Of a stretch of DNA of 64,000 bases, positions 23,961 through 37,873 are shown in pieces (the first letter of the stretch is position 1; every line of letters starts with the position of its first letter). The stretch lies in the NCBI GenBank assembly GCA_964016885.1, contig OZ024741.1, forward strand, positions 337,590,001 to 337,654,000, read 5' to 3'. The translations under genes and the position numbers were made by a program. The notes below the pieces were generated by a model. That model did not search any database. It saw nothing but the letters and a program-made list of their open reading frames with translations, and was not told the DNA's origin. This DNA comes from Eledone cirrhosa. Its lineage: Eukaryota.

Positions 23961-26384
23961 AAGTGGTCGTGTAGGTGTCACAACAAAAAGCACCCAGTCC
24001 ACACTGTAAAGTGGTCATGTTGGAGACACAGTAAAATGCACCCAGTGTACACTGTAAATGTGGTTAATGCTAGGAAGGGCATCCAGCCATAGAAAACCAG
24101 CCAGAAACAGTTCTATATGAGCAAGACACGGTCACCCGACCCAACTTGCCTCAAGTGGGACAAACCTGTCTAACCCATGCTAACGTGAAAGATAGACATT
24201 AAACAATGATGATGATAATGATGATGATATTACTGTAGAGTAAATGAAGGAAAAAGAGCATGCTATATTATTTACAGAGCTGAGATATTATGAATTTTAC
24301 TCAGCTTACTACCTGTGGTTTCCAAGCTTGCCCCTGTATTGGCCATAAAATAATGTCATATATATATATATATATATATAACTCAGAGTAGCAACGGTGA
24401 GTATTCTCAGCAATGGAATAGATATATATTATACTCTACTTAGTATTGTTAACTTTTTCCTTGTGTTAATTTAAATATTTGTAGTATTTTTACTACTGGA
24501 TAGATCGTTGTTGTGAAAATTAGCTGTATTAATGTAAAGACTATAATTTATAATTGTTTCTACTTTTGGCACAAGGCCAGCAATTATCCCAGTATATTAC
24601 TGGTACTTTATTTTATCGACCCTGTAAGGATGAAAGGCAAAGCTACTAAAATTATATTTTCATTAAAATGGTATTTGTGAAATAGCAAAATTGTTTTGAT
24701 ATAAAATCATGTAGAATGGTTTCAATTTAAGTTTGAACCTTTAAAATGGTAGGTTTTATTTCATAGCACCAGAGGTGGGTTTGGTGGGTGTGTTGGTATC
24801 AAAAGAGTTAAATAGGATTCCTTTAAAATGGGTGGTTTTGTTTCATAGAACCAGAGGTGGTTTAGGGGGCAGGTTGGTATGGAAAGGGTTAAATATTTTG
24901 CAGTGTTTTGTTAAGGGCCATTTCATTCATGATTCCTTGTGTGACAGAGTTATCACCAAGTTTTCGTGCTCAGGAGGGATTGGCTTCCAAACATTCTGGG
25001 TGGACATTCTAATTCAAGAAACATTTTTCATGAAATTTATTACTCAGCCATGAAATAAGAGAGGAATCTGAAAGGTAAATTTTTGATGCTGTTGAACTAT
25101 GTAAACTAAGACCAGTAAAAGTGTAAAGAGGCAAAGACCCCTTTTATTCACAAATGGGATTTGCACCTAGAAAGTTTTCCTCTGAGGCAAGGTGTTTTTA
25201 TGGAAGGCCAACAGTCCAAGGGAAAGGCTATGGCCAATATAGCTTGGCACTAGTGATGTTGCAACTGTATATACATACTATATACACTCTGTATATATAC
25301 TATATGTGATGTTGTCCAAGGGAAAAGTAAATGCCATAACAGTTTAGCTCCAATGATGTTGCAACTCATTTATACAGCTAAGTAAACTGGAGCAACATGA
25401 AATAAAGTGTCTTGCTTGAGAACACAATGCATCACCAAGTCAGGGAATCAAACTCAAAACCTTACGATTCTGAATCCAACGTTCCTTCACTAAACTAGGA
25501 CCAGTGTAGTTAAACATATCACCAAGTACAATGACAATAGTTAGATTTGAACTGATGACCCCAGTATTTGACTGGTTTTATCAATCTTGGAGAGATGAAA
25601 AGACAAAGTTGACCCTGGTAGGATTTGAACTCAGAAGGTAAAGTGCCAGAACAAATATACTGCTAACCATTTATTTCTCCAATGTTCTAAAGAACTCTGC
25701 CAATCCACTGCCCTAACACTGACATTCCTGTAAATAACCTTAATAAATTCATAATCTGATAGTTAGGCTGTGGTGGTATTGGTGGATGGGTGTAGAAGAG
25801 AACAAAAATAAACTGAAACATATGAAAAAAAAATGATTTTAAAAAAAGACAAAAAAAACAACAAATAAACCAAAATCAAACGTGTGCCTTACATGCAGTG
25901 AGGTAAATAATTTCTCATCGAAAGACATCAATATCCTTGATTGAAAAAGAGTTTAAACTAATAATCTTTAGCTTTAAACATTTTTAGCATAAAAAGATGA
26001 AGCTACCAAGAGAAGATATAATTTGTGTACAGACATATGCCGACATCATTTCACAAACTAATCACTGCTACCATTATTAGCAAGATATATTTTTTTTTTT
26101 TTAAACAAAAATTATTTTTAACATTTTCGAGGCAATTATTTCAGTAATTTTGTTCCTTTTCTGTAATAACTGGCCTTAGTTTGTCCTCTGTAAAATATAA
26201 AATTTAAAACAACTTGTGAAAAGTCTAAAAAAATAAAAGGAAATTATAATTTCGTTTAAATTTTTTTTTTTTTTTCAATTACAAATATACAAATTAAACA
26301 GCCAAATAAATTCTTTAAATTTTAAAATCTCAGCAAAAAATAGAAACGGAAAAAGAGTGATATTGTCAGAGTAACTGACTAACA

Positions 26385-27739
26385 TTACACATACATACAT
26401 ACACTTGCATACATACATACACACATACATACACATACACATATACATGCATACATACATACTTGCATACATACACATATACATACATACACATATATAG
26501 ACATACATACTTGCATACATACACATATACATACATACATGCTTGCATACATACATATATGCATGCGCACACACATATACATACATGCATGCATACAAAC
26601 ATACATGCATGTTTACACACATATATATACATGTATACACACATGCATGCACACACACATATGCATGCATACATATACATACACATGTGCACATACATGC
26701 ATACACCCACATACACACAAACATATACATGTGTGCATACCACACATACACATGTGCATACATACATATGCACACATATACACATACACATACATTTACA
26801 TACATACTCACATGCATACACAAATACATTGAAAATACTCACTCTTATGAAATAATTCGTTCACAACAAATTACATGCACACACAGGAAACTACTTGTGT
26901 GTATACACATAAAATTCTACACACATATGAATCAACACACACGAAATTTTATTGATACATAGAAACCTACAAGTGCTTATATAATTCTACACATATATAC
27001 ACATAAAACTACACGCATACACATGCGTATACACATGAAGCAAAATTTTACACACACAGTTAAAAAATATTTATACATACATATGAATCTACACACCGCA
27101 AAATTTATACACACACATTAAACTACACACCCAAAATATTATTTACACACATACACATGAATCTACAAGCACTCACATAAAACTGCATACATATACACAC
27201 ATATAACAATATACACACATGTAACAACACGCATATAAAACTGCACATATCCACATAAATCTACACACATACACATGAATCTACAAGCACTCACATAAAA
27301 CTATGGATACATATACACACATATAACAATATACACACATGTAACAACACACACACACATATAAAACTGCACATATCCACATAAATCTACACGCACACAC
27401 ATATGAAACTACACACACACACACATTCACATAAATAACTACACAAACACACAAACAAAGACAAATGGACAGACAGACTATGAGACAGAGAGATAGACTG
27501 ACAGACAGACAGGCACCCCCACACATACACTCACACACACATAGAGACAGACAGAGGGAGGGACAGAGGGACAGACAGACAGAGAGGCAGCGAGACAGAC
27601 TGCAGAAAGATCTTGTAAACACGAGGTATGGTATAAGCAATAACATTTGAAATAATGGCACAAACACACAGACACATAGGCAAACATGTGCATTCACACA
27701 CTGATGCTTGTGCACACACACATGCAAACATATATGGTT

Positions 27740-27776
<37 letters not shown>

Positions 27777-27780
27777 GAGA
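26385..27780. repeat. (CATA)n/(CA)n degenerate microsatellite block with an internal ~120-bp duplication
   Basis: Direct; ATGAATCTACAAGCACTCACATAAAACT occurs at about 27157 and 27275. Confidence 0.9.
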
Positions 27781-28655
27781 AAGAGAGAGAATTAGTATAT
27801 CTACCAACATATGCATACAGATGTATACCCATGCTAGCAAATATATATGTTATGTCTTAATACCTTTGTGGTTCTATGCAGGGGGATGCAGAACAATTAT
27901 ATGAAAGACGTAAAATAGGACTATCTGGCAGGTTTTCTACGGCTGGATGCCCTTCCTAACACCAACCACATTTACAGTGTGGAACTGGGAACTTTTTACC
28001 GTGTTATCTACACGGCCACATTACAGCGTGGACTGTGTGTGTTTTTTGTCGTGACACCTACACGAACTCGATCTCATTTTCTCGTGCTGTTGGTGGGAGT
28101 GGGAGGATAGGGTAGGGGTAGTGGATTGGGGTGTATATTTGGTTAAGAGGTGCCTACTGCCTGTAGGTTTCACTTTGTACATAGGCAAGGCGGATATATA
28201 TATATATATATATATACACACAATGCATACATCCCACCATGCATTCATGCATATATATATATATATACACACACACATATATATATATATCATCATCATC
28301 ATCATCATCACCGTTTTACGTCAATTCTTCAACATTAGCATGGATTAGAGGGGTTGTCCTGTTGTGGGCAATGCCAGATCAGGTGACCATGTCTTGCTCA
28401 TACAGGAACTGATTTTGGCTTCACTTCTACAGCTGGATGCCCTTCCTAACACCAACCTCATTATGTACCACGTTAAGGTTAGGCTAGGCTGGTTTACTCA
28501 GTGAGTTAGGATTCACTTGCCACTAAGTTTTTGAATTATTTCCCCTGCAATTGATTTATTTTCGGGGGTTATCATATTCAGCAAATATAGGCCTCAACCT
28601 AAATTACACCCCAGAATTTTAGGGTTTGTCCTATGCGCTGGATTGATTAGTACGC

Positions 28656-28712
<57 letters not shown>

Positions 28713-29355
28713 TGTGTGTGTGTGTATATATATATATATTATAATAAAATGCAAGTGTCATGTATCATGTACTTTGCGCTAGATGTGTTTAGGAAACTAT
28801 AATTTAATACCTCCTCCCTAGCTCTCTCTCTCTTTCTCATAAGAGTTTTGACAAGATGCCCTGTCGTCAACCAACAACTATTTGTAACTAACTACCTACA
28901 TCTACCTATCTTCAGACAACAAATATCTATCTATCCAGCTGTTTATATGTCTGCCTAGCTGTCTGCCTATCTGCCTATCTATCTATCTATCCATCTATCT
29001 ATCTATCTCCCTATCTATCTCTTTTTAACTGTATCTTTCTGTCTATTTATCTACCTACCTACCTAACATAAACCCCATAATTTCTTACAGGTACTCTGCT
29101 AATATATATATATATATATACTTTAAAAGGAGCAATTCTGTATCATAGAACTAGGGGCAGTTTCAACAAGTTTGGTATCAAAAGGGCTAAAGTTGAACCA
29201 GTTGGTCACCTTTTGGAGGAAATCTTCAATGTTTATAAATGGAGTCATGATTGCTCCTAGATTTGATGACACCCAATGAAAGCTGAAAACATTAGTCTAA
29301 AGTGGTTTCCTGTTGTCATTTCTAAAGACTTAAAGATAGGATTCTTCTTCTTCTT

Positions 29356-29386
<31 letters not shown>

Positions 29387-30049
29387 GTTTTATGACTGAT
29401 CACAGTTTTACACTGTAAATAACACCTAGTTAAGATTAGTCTTATGAACTAGAACCATAATTCATTCTTCATTAGTTTATCTGAAATATTGTCTATTCAA
29501 GAATAGTAATCTATATTTGTGCAACATAAGGATTCACCAAAATCAATGAGACGATGGCTTTTTGCCTAATGAACCCTTTGTTTATGTTTTGTTATTGGCA
29601 CCAGACAAATATTGATTATTTTAACCATATTGAATGGTTCTATGTGTGATGGTTTCAGTTTATCAACTGAGGAATCATTAGTTTATATTTAATCACTGGC
29701 ACTCTACAGTATCTATGGAATAATTATTTATCTTAGCCTCATTAAGTCCATCTACTTATAAGCAGCTACTTTGGCGTATTTGGTATTAATGAATATTGTA
29801 ATAAGTAAGAGCACTATACAACCAACGAGTGTTTTTATCAGTCTGTTATACAGAGTTTTAAGTCCTCCTGCAAGCAGAAAGTAACTAAGAGAAAGCTACT
29901 AGAATATGTTTCTTTATTTCTACAGATACGGACAGCGAGGTTTAATATTCAAGTATGTGTGTATGTGTGTGTGTGTGTCTGTGTGTGTGCATGCACGTGT
30001 GTGTATGTGAATATATATATGCATAAGAGATGGCAACATGAATGGGCTT

Positions 30050-30235
30050 GTTTTTTTTCTCTAAAACATTTTTTCCGTTTCAGCCCTGCCCGTCCCTTCA
30101 ATCTTTCTAACTTCTCATTCTTTATTCTGATGAACGACTAACATCGTTAAGGTCCTCTTCTGGCTATTTCAAGCATTAAACTAATATATTCCTATTCTAC
30201 CGATTGTGTTGTTATTTCTGTTTACCTTTTACATA
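30050..30235 (+). mobile_element. Older, diverged copy of the same PLE 3' end (pLTR), between (TA)n tracts
   Basis: Reverse complement of the 22550-22740 sequence: ...TCTCATTCTTTATTCTGATGAACGACTAAC..GTTAAG..CTCTTC...GATTGTGTTGTTATTTCTGTTTACCTTTT. Confidence 0.75.
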
Positions 30236-30608
30236 CATATATATAGAATCAGGATTTAGCTTCGTGCTTAGCTGTATACAGATACGTATTGGAATTTCGT
30301 ATTTCTAAAGAAATATGGCATGTTTATAGATAAACATTTAGAAAGCCGTAGCTATGCAAAACACTGGGGCTATTGCCCTCTGGTGGTGTCCAGCAGAAGT
30401 AAGGGGGACAATCGTTGATGGTTCTCATCAGGACGATCCCTCCCACTCTTGCAACTGCTGGACTTGAAAACAGGTGAGAATATATGGTTTTCTTGTCTGT
30501 GTAAATGAGGTGATTAATCTCATTTGCATATGAAGATGCATAAGTTGGCTCAACTTATAGTAGAATAGAATTAGCTTTGAGCATAGCTGTATATAGATAT
30601 GAATTTCA

Positions 30609-30611
<3 letters not shown>

Positions 30612-30642
<31 letters not shown>

Positions 30643-33600
30643 AGTTGCATTTATCTTGCTTTATGTTCATACGAGTTATCACCAAGTCACAACCAGTGAC
30701 CTCAAGAGACAACAAGGTCCGCCATGTTCAAGAAAGAACATACATACTCACACATGCATCTTTAGTGTTTAGACTTGTGATGTACTTATATTGACAGAAT
30801 CTTCCTTAGTATATGGGCAGTTCCCATTAGTACTATCTTTTGTATTTCTCCTATACGCGGGTTTCCTGGGATTTGCGATAAGTAGTCATTAGACCCCTTA
30901 GGTATCATTCCCAGAGCGCCTACAACCACTGGTATTGTTTTAGTTCTCAATTTCCACATTTTTCCAATTTCTATCTCCAGGTCCTTATACTTGCTCAATT
31001 TTTCAAATGTTTTTATAGATACATTCTTGTCTATTGGAACAGACATATCAATTAGCAGGGATACCCTCTTTTTAAAGTCTTTCAATATTATATCAGGTCT
31101 ATTTGCATCTATTTTTCGGTCTGTTTGGATGCTAAAGTTCCACAAGATTGAGATGTGATCTTTTTCAAGTATGGGAGGTGGTTGATGCTCCCACCAATTC
31201 TTTTGATGGGGCAGGTCAAAATGCTTACACATTATCCAATGTATGTATTGTGCAGCTCTGTCATGCCTGTTTAGGTATTTGGTTGGAGCTATAGGACTGC
31301 ACATTGAAATTATATGGTCAATGGTCTCTGGTTGTTTTTTGCATACACGGCATAATGGGCTGCATCCATTTTTTATTATGTTGGCTTGGTAATTTTTTGT
31401 TGGCAGACACTGATCTTGTGCTGATATAATCAGTCCTTCAGTCTCCGATTTCAGTCCAGAGGATGCCAACCACTGATGGGTTAAAGTTTTGTCAACATCA
31501 GGATTGTTAGCTCGCTCTGGGTATTTTCCATACAGAGGCTTTTCTTGCCATTTCTTAGCCAGTTTCTGTAGCAGTTCTTTCTTTGCAGTTACTTTTACCT
31601 GCTTTGCTTTTTCTGTGTTTTCCATTTCAGCAGTAAATGGGACTTCTGAAATTTGTAGTCCATTACTGTATCTTTGTGCATCTTTTGTAATGGAATATGA
31701 TCTTTTGATGCTTTCGTGTTTCAAAACGAGTTTGATCATCCAATCATGTGATTCCCTTAGATATGTAGATAATCCAATTGTTGCAGTTTTCAACGCAATG
31801 TCTAACTGGATTAACCCACGTCCTCCTTCTTTCCTAGGGAGATATATTCTATCTATATCTTCCTTAGGGTGATGCATTCTATGCATGGTTAAGAATTTTC
31901 GAATTTTTGTATCGAGCCTACGGATCTCTGTTGATGACATTGTAACTGTAGGTTACTACTGGTATGGCAAGCGTGTTTATGGCATCGATCCTATTCCTTG
32001 CATTCAATTCCGTTCTTAAGATTGCTCTTACTCTGCGGTAACATTCCTTCCTTATCCTTTCCCTCATTGTCGAGTGCTTGATTCCGTCTCCTTCACAAAC
32101 ACCTAGATATTTGTAAGTTTTTTCTTGATCAAGTTCTCTTATCACGTTCCCCCGATCAAGATTAATGTCTGAACTCTTCAGCAGCTTTCCTCTGGTGAAC
32201 GTTGCTTTGGCGCATTTATCTAGTCCAAACTCCATTTTAATGTCATCACTGAACTGCTCCACAGTGGATAATAGCCCTTGCAATTGTTCATCATTTTTTG
32301 CAAATAGTTTCAGGTCATCCATGTAGAACAAGTGATTAATGGTTTTGTCATAGACTTTATATCCATGTTTTGTTTCATTGAGCATTTTACTTAATGGTAT
32401 AAGTGCGATGCAGAATAAAAGCGGTGATAAAGAGTCACCCTGAAAAATTCCACAATTAATATTAACTTCTCCAGCTTTCAGTGATTTTGTTTCACTATTC
32501 AAAAGGAGTGTCGTTTTCCATGTCTTCATACTGAATGACAAAAACCTCCTGACAACGGGAGATATTTTGAAAATCTCTAAACATTTTTCAATCCAACTGT
32601 GTGGCAAACTATCGAATGCTTTTTTATAATCTATCCAAGCAATCGATAGATTTTTGTGTCTATTATGACAATCTTCCAGTATCATTTTGTTAACCAGAAG
32701 CTGATCCTTACAGCCATATGAGCCTCGTTTACACCCTTTCTGCTCAATGGGAAATAGGTCATTTGTTATCAGGTGGTCATATGTGTATTCAGTTAGGACT
32801 GATGTTAAAATTTTATACATTGTGGTCAAGCAAGTTATCGGTCTGTAATTTTGGGGATTGTTTGTCTCATCATTCTTCGGAAGCAGGAATGTAATGCCGT
32901 TAACTAGCCATGCTGGTATCTTTTCTGGCTCCTTAACTATTTCATTGTAAAGTTGGGCTAACAGCTCATGAGACTCTGTGAAGGCATTTATCCAAAAGTT
33001 TTGTATTTTGTCTTTTCCTGTGGATTTCCATTTGCTGGTTTTTCTTAGAGCCAAGCGCAACTGTTCAACTGTTATATTTTCCCATATTGTTCCTCAAGGT
33101 GAGCTGTATCTTTCATTTGTCTGTCTATCCATGGGGCATGTATGTTATGAACTTTTTCTCCGGCCCAGATCTTTTCCCAGAATTCTTGCACTTCCTCCTT
33201 GGGTGGTATTGATTTAGCAGTTATTGTTGACTTACCAATTTTTCTGTAGAAGTTTCTTTGGTTGTTTTTGAACATATTATTGTCCTTATAGAATCTAGAT
33301 CGTTTTTCAAAGCGCCTTATACGAGCAGCTTTGGCCGACACTTTTTGCTTGATTATTTCTATCAGCATGTCTATGTCACTTGTTGATTTTATACTGTACT
33401 TTTTTTTCAATTTTCTAAGTTTAGTTTGTTTAACATGTTCACCTACTTTATAGTTTGTTAAAATTTCTATGTCAGATCGGAGAAGGTTTATTTGGCAATT
33501 GATGTTCTCTTGCCAAGTAGATTTCTTGTGGGAATTCCTTTGTTTTTTCATCTTCACTCCACATAAGTGAGTGGTGACTTTAGCCGATGCATAATAGAGA

Positions 33601-34156
33601 TGATTTAAATCAGTAATGTTTAGTTTGTTTGTGATGATAATGTTTTTGAGAATTATGTTAGTCTTGTGTATTATCTTTTGGTTCTGTTTGGAGTTCTGGA
33701 TCTTAGGGAGGGTGTCTCGTTTCCCCATGTCAGATTCTTTCATTTTCATCCATTCGATCATAATTTCATCCTTCAAGTTGGCAAGTTCATTCTCATTCAT
33801 TTCTTTATCATTTACGATCTCACTATTTTCATTTGGAGTTTCATCTTGAGCATGCACTCCCTCCACTTTTTCGATCCTTTCTTTAATTTGTTCTGTTGCC
33901 AGTGATTCCGCCCCAACCCTGGGATTCGAAGTGTTACAATTTACCTCGTTTTCACTGACACATGTTTCATTTTCCCTTCGCTGACTTTGTGCTAATAGCT
34001 TGATCTGATCAATTTCTATATCAGTTAGTAACTTTTTTCTTACAATATTTCTTCGTATATTGGCTAGTTTGTTACTGTCAATATAGCCTCTGTTTTCGGA
34101 ATGTTTCTTTTTCCAGTTGATATATGTCTGTTCTGTATTCGATGTATTTGATGGGT

Positions 34157-34158
<2 letters not shown>
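30612..34158 (-). mobile_element. R4/Dong-type non-LTR retrotransposon (single ORF: RT, CCHC, restriction-like endonuclease), 5'-truncated, 2 frameshifts
   Basis: NYRPITCL, EQKGC, WIDYKKAFDS, GIFQGDSLSPLLF, HLFYMDDLK, CRVC...HIISMC, RHD, NRPDII...LIDMSVP, K..KY, PVVVGALG; (TAA)n at both ends. Confidence 0.95.
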
Positions 34159-34203
<45 letters not shown>

Positions 34204-34205
<2 letters not shown>

Positions 34206-34545
34206 CTGAGAATGTTGTGGGGGCAGAGTCCTCAAATACTTCTTCCAGTAGGTCCTATCAGAAGCAACTGTCTCCAACTACTCCAGCTCGATCCCCAAGT
34301 GAGACAAGCAAAGCTCATGGATGTTATCCAACCATCTTACTTGAGGTCTGCCCTTGGGTCTCTTGCCAGTTGGTTTTGCCCAGAAAATTTGTCTAGCGAT
34401 TCTTTCCGAGGATATTCTAACCACATGCCATAGTATTGAAGCTGTGATCTCTCAATTCGGAGAAGTAGCAGCTCATCCTCGAGACTCTCCAATCTCTGAG
34501 TTATGCACTCTATTGAGTAATGTTACTTCAATGACTCTTCCAGTC
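34204..34545 (-). mobile_element. RTE-type 3' fragment
   Basis: Reverse complement of the family at 4200-4590. Confidence 0.7.
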
Positions 34546-34712
34546 ATTTTCATTGGCACAGGTTAGACAAGTTGGTTCTCCAGTCTAACAAAATATATGT
34601 ACCTGGTTTGGTGATGTTGAAGTAACTGGCTTTAATAATTATATTAAAACATGCCCTATGGACTTGAGTTGCTCTATACCTTGGATATCTTTACTAAAAT
34701 ATTTCTACTATA

Positions 34713-35109
34713 TACGAGGGCAATCCCAAAAGTAAGGTCTCGTTCCAATATTGCAACTTTTCCGTTAAAATCCTGTGGATGGTGCTTCGGGAAACCTCAG
34801 GAACCAAAATGCAGAGAGCATCCAGAGTAATCTGCCAATCTTTACGCATGTTTTCCTCGGAAGGAGACCTTACTTTTGGGATTGCCCTCAATATAATAAC
34901 TGCGCGAAATTCGCACTTGGTGGGAGCGTTCAACGGGAGCGCCTTTCTCAATGGCTGCCAAGCCAAGATTGAGCATCCCAGCGAAGCGCACGCATGCTTA
35001 TTTGGGAATGAAGGAAGCACCAATCACAACAGTGTTGTCAACAGCTGTACGAACAGTTTCTCTGCATCCCCATTGCTTTGGAGACCTTACTTTTGGGATT
35101 ACCCTCGTA
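34713..35109. mobile_element. Tc1/mariner internal-deletion derivative (MITE) in TA
   Basis: 28-bp TIRs TACGAGGGCAATCCCAAAAGTAAGGTCT / AGACCTTACTTTTGGGATTACCCTCGTA with TA flanks; - strand transposase HTH remnant ITLDALC..VSRSTIHRILTEKL. Confidence 0.88.
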
Positions 35110-35117
35110 TATATGTG

Positions 35118-35164
<47 letters not shown>

Positions 35165-37060
35165 TTGATGAAAATAATTAATTTGGCTTTCAATTATAAC
35201 TTTTATTATACTACCTATTGCAAATATAACTTGTGTGCACCTTAATCTACAGGTTATCTTATACCTCATATGTGGTACCACCTGTCCCAATAGGATCCCC
35301 GTTCCAATAGCTTCAATGTGGTATTAATTATTATCATTCACTAATTCATTTCACTATCACTTTTACTTACTTACCATCCATTAATTATATATTTAATTAT
35401 CCCTTCGCCCCTCATGAAATTCCCTCGCTGCCTAACATTTGATATATTTCTCTTGTATCATAATAACTACACAGGGACATATATACTACAAAATGTAAAA
35501 TTTACCATTAATCTATTTAGCTTTCTATAACTCCATATGGAATCTAATATTGAGCAACTCATAAGACCCAACACTAGCTAAGGATTTAATTCAAATTTAA
35601 CTTAATTTTATTATATTTTTAATTTCTTCAATTTTACTTTCAACTACATACTTGCATTTTTACCCATGCTCCACAATTCTATCATCATGATCATTAGCAT
35701 CACTGCTATTAATAATTATATGGTATGCCTTACACCACCAACTGACCATCTGAGGATTTTCCGAGTTACACACAAGATGCCAGAATTTGTTTCCATTCCT
35801 TGAGTGCTTGGAATTAATTAATGAATTGATTGATTTCTCCATCTTCAGCATATGAATATACTCGGTACTGGTATATCATTTTTGGGACTTAATGGAGATA
35901 AAGAGAGTCATTATATTAGCCGCTAGAGTAAGCTAAACTATGCTTCATGTCTTTTCTTTCACAATACAAACACAGATATATAAGTTACTTACCCTTAATC
36001 AATTATTTCAACGAAACACTGGCAATAACTAATATATATTTATACCTATATTTATTCCTAATTTATATTTTTTCATAATTTATACTTTTTTTCTTAATGT
36101 ATTTTTTACGTAATGCATTTGTCATAATTAATTTTTTTTCACTTACTTGACACGAGATCCAATGCAACTTTCATTACTTTTTAAAAATGTGTATAACTCT
36201 CTTGATCTCCATAGAACATATCTTCTTTAATCTGATCTTCTCCACCATCACACTTAGCTGGTTTTGGCCAGGATATATTCACACAAAATTTATAACACAC
36301 AACCTCTATGGCTGTGGATTGGGTGGTTCTCGTTAACAGCATAACAGTATCTATAACAGCAGGATGTATGTTGCCAACACATAAGCCCCACACCCACATT
36401 GGTTATGCCTACCAAACCCACAATGCTTTACATTGACAAACTTGTTATTCAGAGATGGTCTGCAGCAACAATAACACCTATTTCGCAGGCCATCTCTGAA
36501 TCAAATATTTTCTCTATTCTCTGTTTGTGTTTACCGAATTCCTTTATTGATTAACTGATTATGCAATCCACACCTGATGACCTGCCAGGTTCTTACATAT
36601 CCAGGCCATTGAAATATATATAGTATTTTTTGCAACAATAAAACTTTAAAGGAATATTACTAGTCTGGCCTCCTATTATTTTGATCAAATTAATAGTTAT
36701 CTCTGTTTCTGCACCAGCCAGGCGATCAACGAAGGATGAGTTGCGTAACCTACAGTGATTTACCTACTATTATATCATGGTTAACTAAATGGAATGACCA
36801 GTTCTATCAACTGGTGAACCACAAATCATAAATGTATATATATATGTTTGTGTGTGTGTGTGTGCATGTGTAGATTCATGTGACTGTATTTATTTTATAG
36901 CTATCTCAAATACTATCCAGGATTTAAAGAAATACTCTAATCTCAAAACCTATTCAAAATGGTGGTTTGTTTCATTTCTGTCACATCAAAATAAAAGGCA
37001 AAATTCACCTAAGAAGAATTTAAACTCAGAATTTATGTAAAACAGTATAATTAACAACAC

Positions 37061-37100
<40 letters not shown>

Positions 37101-37105
<5 letters not shown>

Positions 37106-37838
37106 TAGTACACCATCATTGAAGCTCTGGTTGCAGCCAAGCTAATGAATGCAATCTCGGTGTGCAGCTAAGCACTCAATAGGGTATATTACCCTAGAGT
37201 TGTACCATTACGTTTACACAGCTTTGCAAATCAGCAACCGATAGACGGGCCACAGTGACCATAGCGACGAAAGAGACTGAACTCAGGATAAAAATTTGAC
37301 TATCCTGAACCATTGTGTCGACATCATACACAACACATGATATATACCATATAATATACATCACATATAATATATAATATCTCCGCTAGGTTTCTGTAAA
37401 TCCGAAATCGACAAAATCCACTTGCAGGTGTCTGCAAGTTAATGGTTTTTGGAAGATAAAACAAGGAATTTACTTCGTCAACAAGTTTTTCATTCTTGTC
37501 CGCCCGGGTGTGAATGCTAGCAGTAAGTACTGTTAGAAGGCACATGGTTTTCCCGATGGGAGGTAACTCCCGGTTTTGGCGGTCAATTCAAATTTGGAAC
37601 AAAGGAATAAAATTCCTTTACACAAACCGAATTAAGCACACAACTAGAAGTTATCAAACAAACATAAGCAATTAATCAATCAATAGAATTGTCTAATTAA
37701 ATTAATCAATTAATCGTTAATTCTAGGAGATAATAATACAAAATTTAGTACAGCATCATCGAAGCTCTGGTTGCAGCCAAGCTAACGGATGCAATCTCGG
37801 TGTGCAGCTAAGCACTCAATAGGGTATATTACCCTAGA
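37101..37838. mobile_element. Non-coding element with 98-bp direct terminal repeats, embedded in (TA)n
   Basis: 37101-37198 and 37741-37838 are near-identical; (TA)n on both sides; no TG..CA ends. Confidence 0.65.

Positions 37839-37872
<34 letters not shown>

Positions 37873-37873
<1 letters not shown>

Noticed and set aside
24948-25074. Possible exon (gacag|...AAG|gtaaat)
   Set aside because: All three frames contain stops before the donor.
30282-30398. Possible phase 1-1 exon DTYWNFVFLKKYGMF...PLVVSSR
   Set aside because: Weak acceptor, overlap with the hairpin/repeat-like segment, and no recognisable homology; not supportable.
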